The notes under the pieces: model-generated | Told to the model about the DNA's origin: nothing | The model's input: only the letters and a program-made list of their open reading frames with translations | Database searches by the model: none | Translations under genes and position numbers: made by a program | Origin: an uncultured Bacilli bacterium | Lineage (GTDB): Bacteria > Bacillota_I > Bacilli_A > RF39 > UBA660 | DNA: 42,184 nt | Reading direction: 5' to 3' | Assembly: GCA_947630585.1 (NCBI GenBank) | Contig: CANRIE010000001.1 | Location: forward strand, 1-42,184 | Shown here: positions 26,852 through 35,088 of the stretch, in pieces | How positions within the stretch are numbered: position 1 is the stretch's first letter | How the letters are laid out: each line of letters starts with the position of its first letter

Positions 26852-29061
26852 TACATAGCCTCATGGAAAGTTCTTCTTATTACTTCATCTTGTTGTTCAG
26901 GAGTTAATCTATTAAATCTTACAGAGTAGCCTGATACTCTAATTGTTAAAAGTGGATACTTATCAGGATTATTTTTAGCATCAATTAATAATTCCCGGGT
27001 TAAAACATTTACATTTAAGTGATGAGCCCCCTCTAGGAAATAACCATCTAAAATACCACATAGATTGTTAATTTGAACATCAAGGGTTTTACCTAATGTA
27101 GTTGGAACAATTGAGAAAGTATTGCTAATTCCGTCCCTGCAACAATTAGCATAATCGAGTTTTGCAACACTATTTAAACTAGCAAGGGCACCACTTGAAT
27201 CTCTTCCATGCATTGGGTTTGCACCAGGTGCAAAAGCTTCCCCACTTCGTCGTCCATCAGGAGTCGTTCCCGTTTTATGGCCATAAACAACATTAGAAGT
27301 GATCGTTAAAACTGATAAAGTTGGAAAACTATCTCTATATGTTTCATGTTTTGCTAATTCATGATAAAGTTTTTTTAATACGTCTTTCGCAATACTATCA
27401 ACTCGATCATCATCATTACCATACTTTGGATAATCACCTGTAACTTGAAAATCTATAGCAATTCCGTTTTCATTTCTAATTGGTTTTACTTTCGCATATT
27501 TAATTGCTGATAAAGAATCAGCAACAACTGATAATCCAGCAACTCCATAAGCCATCAAACGTTTAACATACGTATCATGTAAAGCCATTTGACTTGCTTC
27601 ATAAGCATATTTATCATGCATATAATGAATAATATTCATAGCATCAACATATATCTTAGCTGTTTTTTCAATAGATTTATAAAAATTCTTTTTAACTTTA
27701 TCATAATCTAAAATTTTATCATCAAGCCTATCTATTCCATCTAATACTTTAACTTGTTCTAACTCGTCATACCCATTATTGATACTATAAAGTAAGGCTT
27801 TAGCAAGGTTACATCTTGCACCAAAAAACTGCATGTTCTTTCCGATTTCCATTGCTGATACACAACAAGCAATTGCATAATCATCACCATAAATTGGTCT
27901 CATCAAATCATCATTTTCATATTGAATAGCATCAGTTTTAATACTCATTTTACAAGCATATTTCTTAAAATTCTCTGATAAATTTTGACTCCAAAGAACA
28001 GTCATATTAGGTTCTGGAGCTGGATCTAAATTAGTTAAAGTATGAAGAATTCTGAATGAAGTCTTAGTAACCATTGAACGATTTTCTTTATCAACTCCAC
28101 CAATTGAACAAGTAACCCAAGTTGGGTCGCCTGAAAATAACTCATCATATTCTGGGGTTCTTAAGTGTCTTACAAGTCTTAACTTAATTACAAACTGATC
28201 AATTAGTTCTTGAACCTCATCTTCCGTGATTACTCCATTTTGTAAATCTCTTTCAAAATAGATATCTAGAAATGCGTCAACCCGTCCTAAACTCATTGCT
28301 GCTCCATTATTTTCTTTAACAGCAGCAAGGTACGCAAAATACAACCATTGAACTGCTTCAAAACTATTTTTAGCAGGTTTACTAATATCATATCCGTAAC
28401 TTAAAGCCATTTCTTTTATTTTTTCTAAGGCTTTAATTTGCATACTAACTTCTTCACGAAGTCTAATTGACTCATCAAGTTCAACTTTAATTCCTTTTAA
28501 ATCTTTCTTTTTCTCTTCAATTAAAAAATCAATTCCGTATAAAGCAACTCTTCTATAATCTCCTATAATTCTTCCTCTTCCATAAGCATCTGGAAGTCCT
28601 GTAATTAACCCAACATGTTTAGCAAGTTTAATTTCATCATTATAAGCATCATACACTCCATCATTATGAGACTTTGTAAACATTGGAAAATACTTTTCAA
28701 TATCTTTGTTCATCTCATAATTATAAGCTTTCAAAGAGTTTTTAACCATTCGAAGTCCCCCAAACGGATTCATCATTCGTTTTAAGGGACTATCAGTTTG
28801 AAGCCCAACAATAATTTCACTCTGTTTATCAATATAACCTGGTTTAAAATTAGTAATTCCTGATACATGCTCAGTATCAATATCTAACACTTTCTTTTTT
28901 AATTCTTCTTTTAATAGGTCTGTACATTTATCCCAAACTATTTTGGTTTTCTTACTAATTGGTTTTAAAAAACTTTCGTCACCATCATATCTAGTAATAT
29001 TTCTTTGAATAAAGTCTCTAACATCTACTTTTTTTTCATAATTTCCACTTTTAAATTCCAT
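26851..29061 (-). CDS. pflB: Formate C-acetyltransferase (pyruvate formate-lyase)
   Basis: The glycyl-radical motif RVSGYSVRF near the C-terminus, the active-site Cys-Cys (IACCVSAME), 736 aa. Confidence 0.95.
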   Translation of the reverse strand: MEFKSGNYEKKVDVRDFIQRNITRYDGDESFLKPISKKTKIVWDKCTDLLKEELKKKVLDIDTEHVSGITNFKPGYIDKQSEIIVGLQTDSPLKRMMNPFGGLRMVKNSLKAYNYEMNKDIEKYFPMFTKSHNDGVYDAYNDEIKLAKHVGLITGLPDAYGRGRIIGDYRRVALYGIDFLIEEKKKDLKGIKVELDESIRLREEVSMQIKALEKIKEMALSYGYDISKPAKNSFEAVQWLYFAYLAAVKENNGAAMSLGRVDAFLDIYFERDLQNGVITEDEVQELIDQFVIKLRLVRHLRTPEYDELFSGDPTWVTCSIGGVDKENRSMVTKTSFRILHTLTNLDPAPEPNMTVLWSQNLSENFKKYACKMSIKTDAIQYENDDLMRPIYGDDYAIACCVSAMEIGKNMQFFGARCNLAKALLYSINNGYDELEQVKVLDGIDRLDDKILDYDKVKKNFYKSIEKTAKIYVDAMNIIHYMHDKYAYEASQMALHDTYVKRLMAYGVAGLSVVADSLSAIKYAKVKPIRNENGIAIDFQVTGDYPKYGNDDDRVDSIAKDVLKKLYHELAKHETYRDSFPTLSVLTITSNVVYGHKTGTTPDGRRSGEAFAPGANPMHGRDSSGALASLNSVAKLDYANCCRDGISNTFSIVPTTLGKTLDVQINNLCGILDGYFLEGAHHLNVNVLTRELLIDAKNNPDKYPLLTIRVSGYSVRFNRLTPEQQDEVIRRTFHEAM

Positions 29062-29160
29062 TTTTAACTACCTCAATTCCATTTAATTATATCATGAATA
29101 ATAAAGATTAAAAATAGTTTTTAAAAAGAAAAAAATAGATTAACACTTTTTCATGTCAAC

Positions 29161-29385
29161 CTATTTACTAGTTAACCCACTTGCACTCATTAAACTTTGT
29201 AGTCTTTCAAGAATCTTCTTTAATTCTTTTTCAACATCATCACTGGCTTTTAACTTATCATCTTTTCGCATTTCCTTAATAATTGAAACTTTCATTTCTA
29301 AATTATCAAGTTCACTTTCAATATCATCAAGTTTTTTATTTAAAATAGCCAAGTCTTTTTCAATTCTTTTAATATTACTATCCAT
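29161..29385 (-). CDS. Small coiled-coil protein, 74 aa, function unknown
   Basis: SD GAGGGTGA, heptad-rich sequence, and its own consensus promoter. Confidence 0.55.
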   Translation of the reverse strand: MDSNIKRIEKDLAILNKKLDDIESELDNLEMKVSIIKEMRKDDKLKASDDVEKELKKILERLQSLMSASGLTSK

Positions 29386-29464
29386 ATTATCACCCTCACT
29401 ACTATTTATTATCTAAAAGAGCTTTTTATTCTTTTTTTCCATTATACCCCTTCAAATTACCAAG

Positions 29465-29493
29465 ATTATAACATACTTTTTCTAAATATTCAA
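29465..29493 (-). promoter_or_regulatory. Consensus promoter of the 74-aa gene
   Basis: Minus strand: -35 TTGAAT (29493-29488), 17-nt spacer, -10 TATAAT (29470-29465). Confidence 0.5.
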
Positions 29494-29531
29494 GATATTT
29501 TTTTCGGAAAATTAAAGAAACTAATTAAAAA

Positions 29532-29726
29532 TTAGTCTCTATTTCTCTTTTCCCGTTTCCGAGCATTCTTGATTCCAGCTTTTTTAGCTTCTCTTCTTTT
29601 TACTCCTGGCTTATCATAAGCTTCTCTTTTTTTGAATTCAGAAGGGATACCATCTCTAGCAACTTTTTGCTTAAACTTTCTTAAAGCCCCATCTAGATTA
29701 CCGTTACGAACAGCAACATGTGTCAC
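29532..29726 (-). CDS. rpsU: 30S ribosomal protein S21
   Basis: (M)THVAVRNGNLDGALRKFKQKVARDGIPSEFKKREAYDKPGVKRREAKKAG...; GTG start preceded by SD GGGAGGGAG. The terminator hairpin GAGACTAAT-TTTTA-ATTAGTTTC spans the stop codon. Confidence 0.9.
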   Translation of the reverse strand: MTHVAVRNGNLDGALRKFKQKVARDGIPSEFKKREAYDKPGVKRREAKKAGIKNARKREKRNRD

Positions 29727-29850
29727 TCTTTACTCCCTCCCTTCGTTCATAAATCAACTAAAATTATAGCAGATTAATTTGAAAAATTCAACAAAATTCG
29801 TCATTTTTTTCTAAAATATTATATGTTTTTAGAAAAAAAAGGTCATTTTT

Positions 29851-30015
29851 TTAAATATTTTTCAAAATAAGTTCATATAAGCCTCTCATAAACACTCCTA
29901 AATAGCTACCTAAATTGAAAAATATTTTTAAAAATATTTCTAAAATAATAGCTATAAAAGGAAGTAAGATAATAGGTAAACAATAATTCACAAAAATATT
30001 TTTAATATTTAACAT
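29851..30015 (-). CDS. Unlisted 54-aa hydrophobic protein, candidate bacteriocin immunity protein
   Basis: MLNIKNIFVNYCLPIILLPFIAIILEIFLKIFFNLGSYLGVFMRGLYELILKNI. Its ATG overlaps the end of the upstream precursor gene (GAATGTTAA), which implies translational coupling. One or two TM segments. Confidence 0.45.
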   Translation of the reverse strand: MLNIKNIFVNYCLPIILLPFIAIILEIFLKIFFNLGSYLGVFMRGLYELILKNI

Positions 30016-30179
30016 TCGCATAATTTATTATCCTTTATCCGTCTAAATGAACTACCAACTGCTTGCCCAATTCCAAATATCACTTGAATGCATCCTGAAA
30101 TTGCTTCAACTAAAGCACCCGTGATACTTACTCCTCCTCCACAAGTCTTCATCATTTCATACTTTGTAATTTCTTCCAT
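30009..30179 (-). CDS. Double-glycine-leader bacteriocin precursor, peptide B (56 aa)
   Basis: MEEITKYEMMKTCGG|GVSITGALVEAISGCIQVIFGIGQAVGSSFRRIKDNKLCEC. SD AGGAGGA (30184-30190) lies 4 nt from the ATG at 30179. The leader has Glu at -8 and hydrophobic residues at -7, -12 and -15. The track's 73-aa version starts upstream with no SD. Confidence 0.7.
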   Translation of the reverse strand: MEEITKYEMMKTCGGGVSITGALVEAISGCIQVIFGIGQAVGSSFRRIKDNKLCEC

Positions 30180-30192
30180 AATATCCTCCTTC

Positions 30193-30336
30193 TTAATTCG
30201 TACATTTCTTTGGATTAACAAATCCATCAATTACTCCAGCTAAAAATACAGCTAAAGCTCCAATGCCAACAATAACCCAGCCAGTTATTCCTCCACCTTT
30301 TATTCTCATCATTTCATTTTTCTTCAATGTTTCCAT
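30193..30336 (-). CDS. Double-glycine-leader bacteriocin precursor, peptide A (47 aa), absent from the ORF track
   Basis: METLKKNEMMRIKGG|GITGWVIVGIGALAVFLAGVIDGFVNPKKCTN. SD GAGAGGAGA lies in the end of the upstream gene. The leader has hydrophobic residues at -4, -7, -12 and -15 and Glu at -8. Confidence 0.7.
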   Translation of the reverse strand: METLKKNEMMRIKGGGITGWVIVGIGALAVFLAGVIDGFVNPKKCTN

Positions 30337-30337
30337 T

Positions 30338-30742
30338 CTAATCTCCTCTCATTATTTTAACTATAAACTGGTATAAATTTTCTTCTTTTAGTAAAACATC
30401 AATTCTTAAACTTTTAGAATCTAAATAATATTTATTAAGTTCTAATTTTAAAGTATAAGTATTTCTAACTTCTTTAGTATCCAATACTTTATATTTAATA
30501 CTTTGGTCATTAATTTTAATATCTTTACTATCTAATATTAAATCAACATCATATTTTTCTAAATTAGAAATAACTAATATATTATTATTACTTATAATTC
30601 CATCATATTTAATTATAGTTTTATTTTTAACACATAATAAGAAAATTAATACAACAACAATAATATTTATAATTAAAAGTAGATACAAAAATTGATAATA
30701 CCCCTGATTTCTATTAAATTTTTGATATAAACTAGTATTCAT
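30338..30742 (-). CDS. Small membrane-anchored protein, putative minimal bacteriocin secretion accessory protein (134 aa)
   Basis: One N-terminal TM helix and a beta-rich C-terminal part. It overlaps the ABC exporter gene by 11 nt and stops 1 nt before peptide A. Confidence 0.45.
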   Translation of the reverse strand: MNTSLYQKFNRNQGYYQFLYLLLIINIIVVVLIFLLCVKNKTIIKYDGIISNNNILVISNLEKYDVDLILDSKDIKINDQSIKYKVLDTKEVRNTYTLKLELNKYYLDSKSLRIDVLLKEENLYQFIVKIMRGD

Positions 30743-32807
30743 AAATCATTCCTTTCTGGACTAAGATAAATCTATTATATAAATCTTGATTATTAAACCT
30801 ATGACTTATAACAATAATTGTTTTATCATTTAAATACTTAAATATAGCATCGAGTATCATTCTTTCCGCCTTAATATCTAAAGCACTTAACGCTTCATCA
30901 AATATATAAATATCACTTTTTTTAAGTAAAGCCCTTGCAAGAATTACTCTTTGACGTTCTCCTCCTGATAAGTTTCCGCCATCATTTTCTAAAGTCATAT
31001 TATCTTTTAAAATACTTCTTTCAATTATTTTATCAATTCCAAGTAAAGAAATAATTTTTAAATAATCATCGTAACTTGCATTAGCCCCAAGCATAATATT
31101 ATTATATAAGGTATCTGTAAATAAAACTTCATCTTGAGATACATAGGTAATCTTTTTTCTAATATCTTTTAAGTTATAGTTATAAACCTTTCGATCATCA
31201 ATTAGAATTTCCCCTTCATAATTATCAATGTATCTTGTAATTAGTTTCATTAAAGTAGATTTCCCACCACCTGACGTGCCATATAGTAATACTTTATCTC
31301 GTGCTTTTATTTCTAAACTTGGACACTTAATAATTTCATCAATCCCATTATAAGAATATTTTAAATCGGTTATCTTAATATTTCCAAATAAATGATAACC
31401 TGTAACTTTAGGATCGAGACTTAAACTCTCACTTTCAATATTTAATAATTCTTTAATTCTTGTAAATGAAACACTAGCTTCTTTAATTAATATTTGTAAA
31501 CCACAAATATTAGTTATAGGACTAAAATAATAACTAAGTAAACTATTAAATACTAGTAACTTTGATAAAACTAAATTGCCAGCAATTACTTCTTTAATCC
31601 CAACATAAATAATAACTAATAAACCAATTCCATAAACAATCTCTTTAAAGAAATTTTCAATATAAAAGTGATGATATAAATTAAAACTTTTATCAAGAAA
31701 TTTATCAAACTTATAACTTAATTTATCTCCTAAGTTATCTTCAATTTGCATTCCTTTAACAGTATTAATTGATGTTAATGATTCAATTAAATGATTATCA
31801 ACATCAGTTTCCATTTCTTTCATATCTTTTATTTTAGTATCCAAAAAACTATTATAAAATAAGATAATAAAGACATAAATAACTGTAATTATAAATGTAA
31901 TAAAAGCTAACTTTGAACTAATATTAGAAAGACAAATAAATATTAATATAAGTAAAACTAAATCAATTGCTAAAGTTACAAACACTTTACTAATTACATC
32001 GCGAATTTTAAAGACATCTCTTATTCTTGTTATAATATCGCCTTTTGTTCTATTTTTAAAATATAAATATGGAAGTCTTATGATATGGTTATATACTTCT
32101 TTAATTAAAGATTCATCTAGTTTATGATTAACATAATTTATTAAGTTATTCCGAAATAAATTAGTTAATTCTTTTAAGATAACAACAATTATTAGTAATA
32201 TTAATATATATAACATTGTCATTTTATTGTTATTACTAAATAAATCAATAAAGAATTGAAACTGATAAGATATTAGAATATTAGAAATAGTATAAACAAA
32301 CGAAAGAACAAAAAGTAGAATAAAGGTAAATTTAAATTTATTAATAATTGGAAATATTAAACTTAAGAAACTTTTTTCTTTAGCTTGTTTTAAAATTTCG
32401 GTTTTAGGCTTTAGGATAATATAAACATTAGTTGTTAGTTTATTCCAAGCGTCCATCCCATAAGACTTAAACCCTCCATCTGGATCCATGATGGTTATCG
32501 TTTTATCTTCTATTTTCGTGACAATTACAAAGTGGCCAAATTGTTTGTCAACTAAAATATGGGCAATTAAGGGAACGCTGTCTTTTAAATTAGAGTTTAA
32601 GATACCTTTTACAGCTTTTGCTTCAAATCCTAGTTTCTCGGATGCTGCAACTAATGAATAAACTGATACCCCTTCACTAGTAGTTTTGGTGATTTCCCTT
32701 AAATACTCACGAGTTACATATCCTCCATAATATTTCACTATTGAGATTAAACAGGAAACCCCACAATCTCTTAAATCAGTTTGCTTTGTATATGTTATTT
32801 TTCTCAT
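30732..32807 (-). CDS. Bacteriocin-processing ABC exporter with an N-terminal C39 peptidase domain (LagD/ComA/LcnC type), 691 aa
   Basis: C39 motifs are present: the catalytic Cys in QTDLRDCGVSC and His in FGHFVIVTKIEDKTITIMDP. There is a six-TM domain, Walker A GTSGGGKST, signature LSGGERQRV and Walker B IYIFDEALSALD. The ATG at 32807 follows SD GGAGGG; the track start at 32819 has none. Confidence 0.9.
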   Translation of the reverse strand: MRKITYTKQTDLRDCGVSCLISIVKYYGGYVTREYLREITKTTSEGVSVYSLVAASEKLGFEAKAVKGILNSNLKDSVPLIAHILVDKQFGHFVIVTKIEDKTITIMDPDGGFKSYGMDAWNKLTTNVYIILKPKTEILKQAKEKSFLSLIFPIINKFKFTFILLFVLSFVYTISNILISYQFQFFIDLFSNNNKMTMLYILILLIIVVILKELTNLFRNNLINYVNHKLDESLIKEVYNHIIRLPYLYFKNRTKGDIITRIRDVFKIRDVISKVFVTLAIDLVLLILIFICLSNISSKLAFITFIITVIYVFIILFYNSFLDTKIKDMKEMETDVDNHLIESLTSINTVKGMQIEDNLGDKLSYKFDKFLDKSFNLYHHFYIENFFKEIVYGIGLLVIIYVGIKEVIAGNLVLSKLLVFNSLLSYYFSPITNICGLQILIKEASVSFTRIKELLNIESESLSLDPKVTGYHLFGNIKITDLKYSYNGIDEIIKCPSLEIKARDKVLLYGTSGGGKSTLMKLITRYIDNYEGEILIDDRKVYNYNLKDIRKKITYVSQDEVLFTDTLYNNIMLGANASYDDYLKIISLLGIDKIIERSILKDNMTLENDGGNLSGGERQRVILARALLKKSDIYIFDEALSALDIKAERMILDAIFKYLNDKTIIVISHRFNNQDLYNRFILVQKGMIYEY

Positions 32808-32900
32808 TAGACCCTCCATATATAATATACACGAAAAAAAGTCGATTTTACCGAAAAATTTTTATTTTTTTTATTCCATATTTTATATATTTTTAAGACT

Positions 32901-32925
32901 AAAAAAAGGTGATATTTAATCACCT
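32901..32925 (-). terminator. Rho-independent terminator
   Basis: AGGTGAT-ATTTA-ATCACCT (32907-32925), followed on the minus strand by a T6 run. Confidence 0.55.
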
Positions 32926-32993
32926 ATATACATTTGATACACAATTTTTTCTTAATTTTGTATCTTATAAGAATTATTTTTCAAGTTTTTAAA

Positions 32994-33021
32994 GAAAAAA
33001 GATAGATAATTTTATCTATCT
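32994..33021 (-). terminator. Rho-independent terminator directly after the start-less ORF fragment
   Basis: AGATAGATAA/TTATCTATCT (33000-33021), followed on the minus strand by TTTTTT. The fragment's stop codon lies inside the stem. Confidence 0.55.
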
Positions 33022-33162
33022 AAAATTGCAACATGAACCTGGGTCAACATTACTTACTACATTTTCTTCACAGCAAGAATATTCAGGTCTATAAGTATGT
33101 TTGTAAATATGATGATTGATTATTCTAGTCCTAATTGGGCAAACATGAGATTGTTTCTTGAG
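33016..33162 (-). pseudogene. Start-less Cys-rich ORF fragment (48 codons), probable 3' remnant of a disrupted gene
   Basis: ...LKKQSHVCPIRTRIINHHIYKHTYRPEYSCCEENVVSNVDPGSCCNFR*. No ATG, GTG or TTG is in frame after the preceding TAA codons. It looks locally less AT-rich and ends in its own terminator. Confidence 0.3.
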
Positions 33163-33193
33163 TTAGTATTTTTATCTTAAAATTCCTGTTTTT

Positions 33194-33221
33194 GAATTGG
33201 AGAGACGCTTCTCTCCAATTC
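33194..33221. repeat. Palindrome GAATTGGAGAGA-CGCT-TCTCTCCAATTC, 17 nt beyond the DUF1016 stop
   Basis: A perfect 12-bp arm pair. It is related to the palindrome at 34278-34303. Confidence 0.85.
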
Positions 33222-33238
33222 AAAGCAACATTATTTTT

Positions 33239-34261
33239 TTATTCATTTTTATCATCATTGCTATTTAAAACTTTTTCTACTTCATTTATAAGTTGCTCTT
33301 TATCTGGAATATAATACGTATACGTTGATGCAAATATATTATTAGATAAGCCACCTAAAGCATATTCTAGTAAAACTTTATCTTTATCAGCACATAATAT
33401 TATTCCAACTGGTTTACCATCACCCTCACTATTTACATCTTTTTCATAATAATTTAAATACATATTCATTTGTCCTAAATTTTCAGCTTTCAACGAATTC
33501 ATTTTTAAATCTATTAAAACATACGATTTTAAATATTTATTATAGAAGACCATATCAACATAATAATCTGTATTATTTAAAGTTATCCGTTGCTGACTAC
33601 CCACAAACATAAAACCTTTGCCTAATTCTAGCAAAAAATCCTCAATATGTCTTATTAACTTATATTCCAAATCTTTTTCTAACAATGGTTTTTGTTCTTT
33701 TATTCCCAAAAACTCAAATACATAAGGTTGCTTAACTATATCACTTGGTTTTGAAATAATTTGACCTTTTTTTGATAATTCAATAACTTTTTCTTTATTG
33801 GATTTACCATCAGACAATAATAGCCTCTCAAATAATGAGGTGTCTAATTGGCGTCTAAGTTCTCTAACACTCCAATTTTCATTAATACACTCTTTTTCAT
33901 AAAAATTTCTTTTATCTTTATCTTGAATTATCATTAATTCTAAATAATGTGACCAAGATAATTTATCACTTAATTCTTCTAATTTTGGATAAGCCTTATA
34001 AAAAATTCTCATGTATTTTAAATTAGAAACTGAATATCCTTTTCCTAAATATTTTGTTAACTCTTTTGATAATTCTTTTAAAGTCTCTTGACCATATTCA
34101 AGTCTATTATTATATTCATTTTCATTTAAAACAATAATTTTTCCTATATTCCAATATACATAAACAATAGATTTGTTAATTTCTTGAGTTAAATTTATTC
34201 GAGTTTGATTTACTAACTTAGTTATTTCATTTATCATTTTATTATTTACTTTTTCTAACAT
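33239..34261 (-). CDS. DUF1016/YhcG-family PDDEXK nuclease
   Basis: The YhcG-type N-terminal region (VYVYWNIGKIIV...EYGQETLKELSKELTKYLGKGYSVSNLKYMRIFYKAYP) and a C-terminal PD-(D/E)xK core (YYVDMVFYN...VLIDLKMN). SD AGGGAGGA. Confidence 0.8.
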   Translation of the reverse strand: MLEKVNNKMINEITKLVNQTRINLTQEINKSIVYVYWNIGKIIVLNENEYNNRLEYGQETLKELSKELTKYLGKGYSVSNLKYMRIFYKAYPKLEELSDKLSWSHYLELMIIQDKDKRNFYEKECINENWSVRELRRQLDTSLFERLLLSDGKSNKEKVIELSKKGQIISKPSDIVKQPYVFEFLGIKEQKPLLEKDLEYKLIRHIEDFLLELGKGFMFVGSQQRITLNNTDYYVDMVFYNKYLKSYVLIDLKMNSLKAENLGQMNMYLNYYEKDVNSEGDGKPVGIILCADKDKVLLEYALGGLSNNIFASTYTYYIPDKEQLINEVEKVLNSNDDKNE

Positions 34262-34277
34262 TATTTTCCTCCCTATG

Positions 34278-34303
34278 AATTGGTCAGACGCGTCTGACCA
34301 ATT
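34278..34303. repeat. Perfect 26-bp palindrome AATTGGTCAGACG|CGTCTGACCAATT, 16 nt upstream of the DUF1016 start
   Basis: It shares the outer arms AATTGG...CCAATT and the inner AGA.G/CGTCT with 33194-33221. The differences are compensatory on both arms. Confidence 0.85.
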
Positions 34304-34374
34304 TAAAACAATATCACATTTATAGTTTTTACAATATTTTTAGTATTTTATCTATCGCATTTTTAACTTTTAAC

Positions 34375-34998
34375 TTATTCATCAATTCCATCAATACAAT
34401 TTTCATAAATCCAAGTTTTAATATCAGTCATATCATTTGTTTCATAATATTTTCTAAGCAAGGCTACATATTCATCTATTTTAGAAACTGGTACCATAAT
34501 TATCCCTTGACCATGTTTTATCATTTCATGGTTTGCAACTAAATTAGCAACTCTTTTATTTCCATCCTGAAACATTTGGTTTATTTGAAGCCAGCAAAAT
34601 ATACTAATAGATCTTTCTAAATCATTAGGAATTTTTAAGATATTTTTGAACTCAGTTTCATAATCACTTTCAATAGTCTTTGAAAGTTCAACATTTCCAT
34701 ATTTGCAAATCTCAAAATGAACTTTTTTGATAAAATCAATAGTTAAATCTTCTTGAATATTATTTAATACGTACTCCCAAGCATCAACTAAACCTTTTAA
34801 TTTAAACATATCAAGAACTGCAATTTTACCTGTATTAACATTATTAACAAAAGAATAGATATCTGCAAATGTTACTTTTATCCCTTCTAAAATAGCACTT
34901 TGATAGATATTATCAACTAATTTTCTTTTAGCAAAAAAGATATTATCTTTAATTTCCATGTTGTATTTATTTTTCACATAATTTGTCCTTTCTTTCAA
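34375..34998 (-). CDS. Fic/Doc (Fido)-like protein with a non-canonical active-site motif
   Basis: The C-terminal segment LQINQMFQDGNKRVANLVANHEMIKHG matches the Doc-type motif HxFxD(A/G)NKR, but Gln occupies the His position. The start is uncertain: TTG 34998, GTG 34977 with SD AAGGA, or ATG 34959. Confidence 0.5.
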   Translation of the reverse strand: MKERTNYVKNKYNMEIKDNIFFAKRKLVDNIYQSAILEGIKVTFADIYSFVNNVNTGKIAVLDMFKLKGLVDAWEYVLNNIQEDLTIDFIKKVHFEICKYGNVELSKTIESDYETEFKNILKIPNDLERSISIFCWLQINQMFQDGNKRVANLVANHEMIKHGQGIIMVPVSKIDEYVALLRKYYETNDMTDIKTWIYENCIDGIDE

Positions 34999-35088
34999 TT
35001 TGCTTTCATATATATATATTTTACCAAATTTTTCACAAAAAGTCTTTATTTTTTTAATATTTTTTCAAATTTATGCTGTTATCATAAA

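Noticed and set aside
33016-33162. The Cys-rich fragment (CC...CC), considered as a RiPP or ranthipeptide-type precursor.
   Set aside because: No start codon is available, there is no adjacent radical-SAM or modification enzyme, and the fragment resembles no precursor family I recognise. It is reported only as a possible gene remnant.
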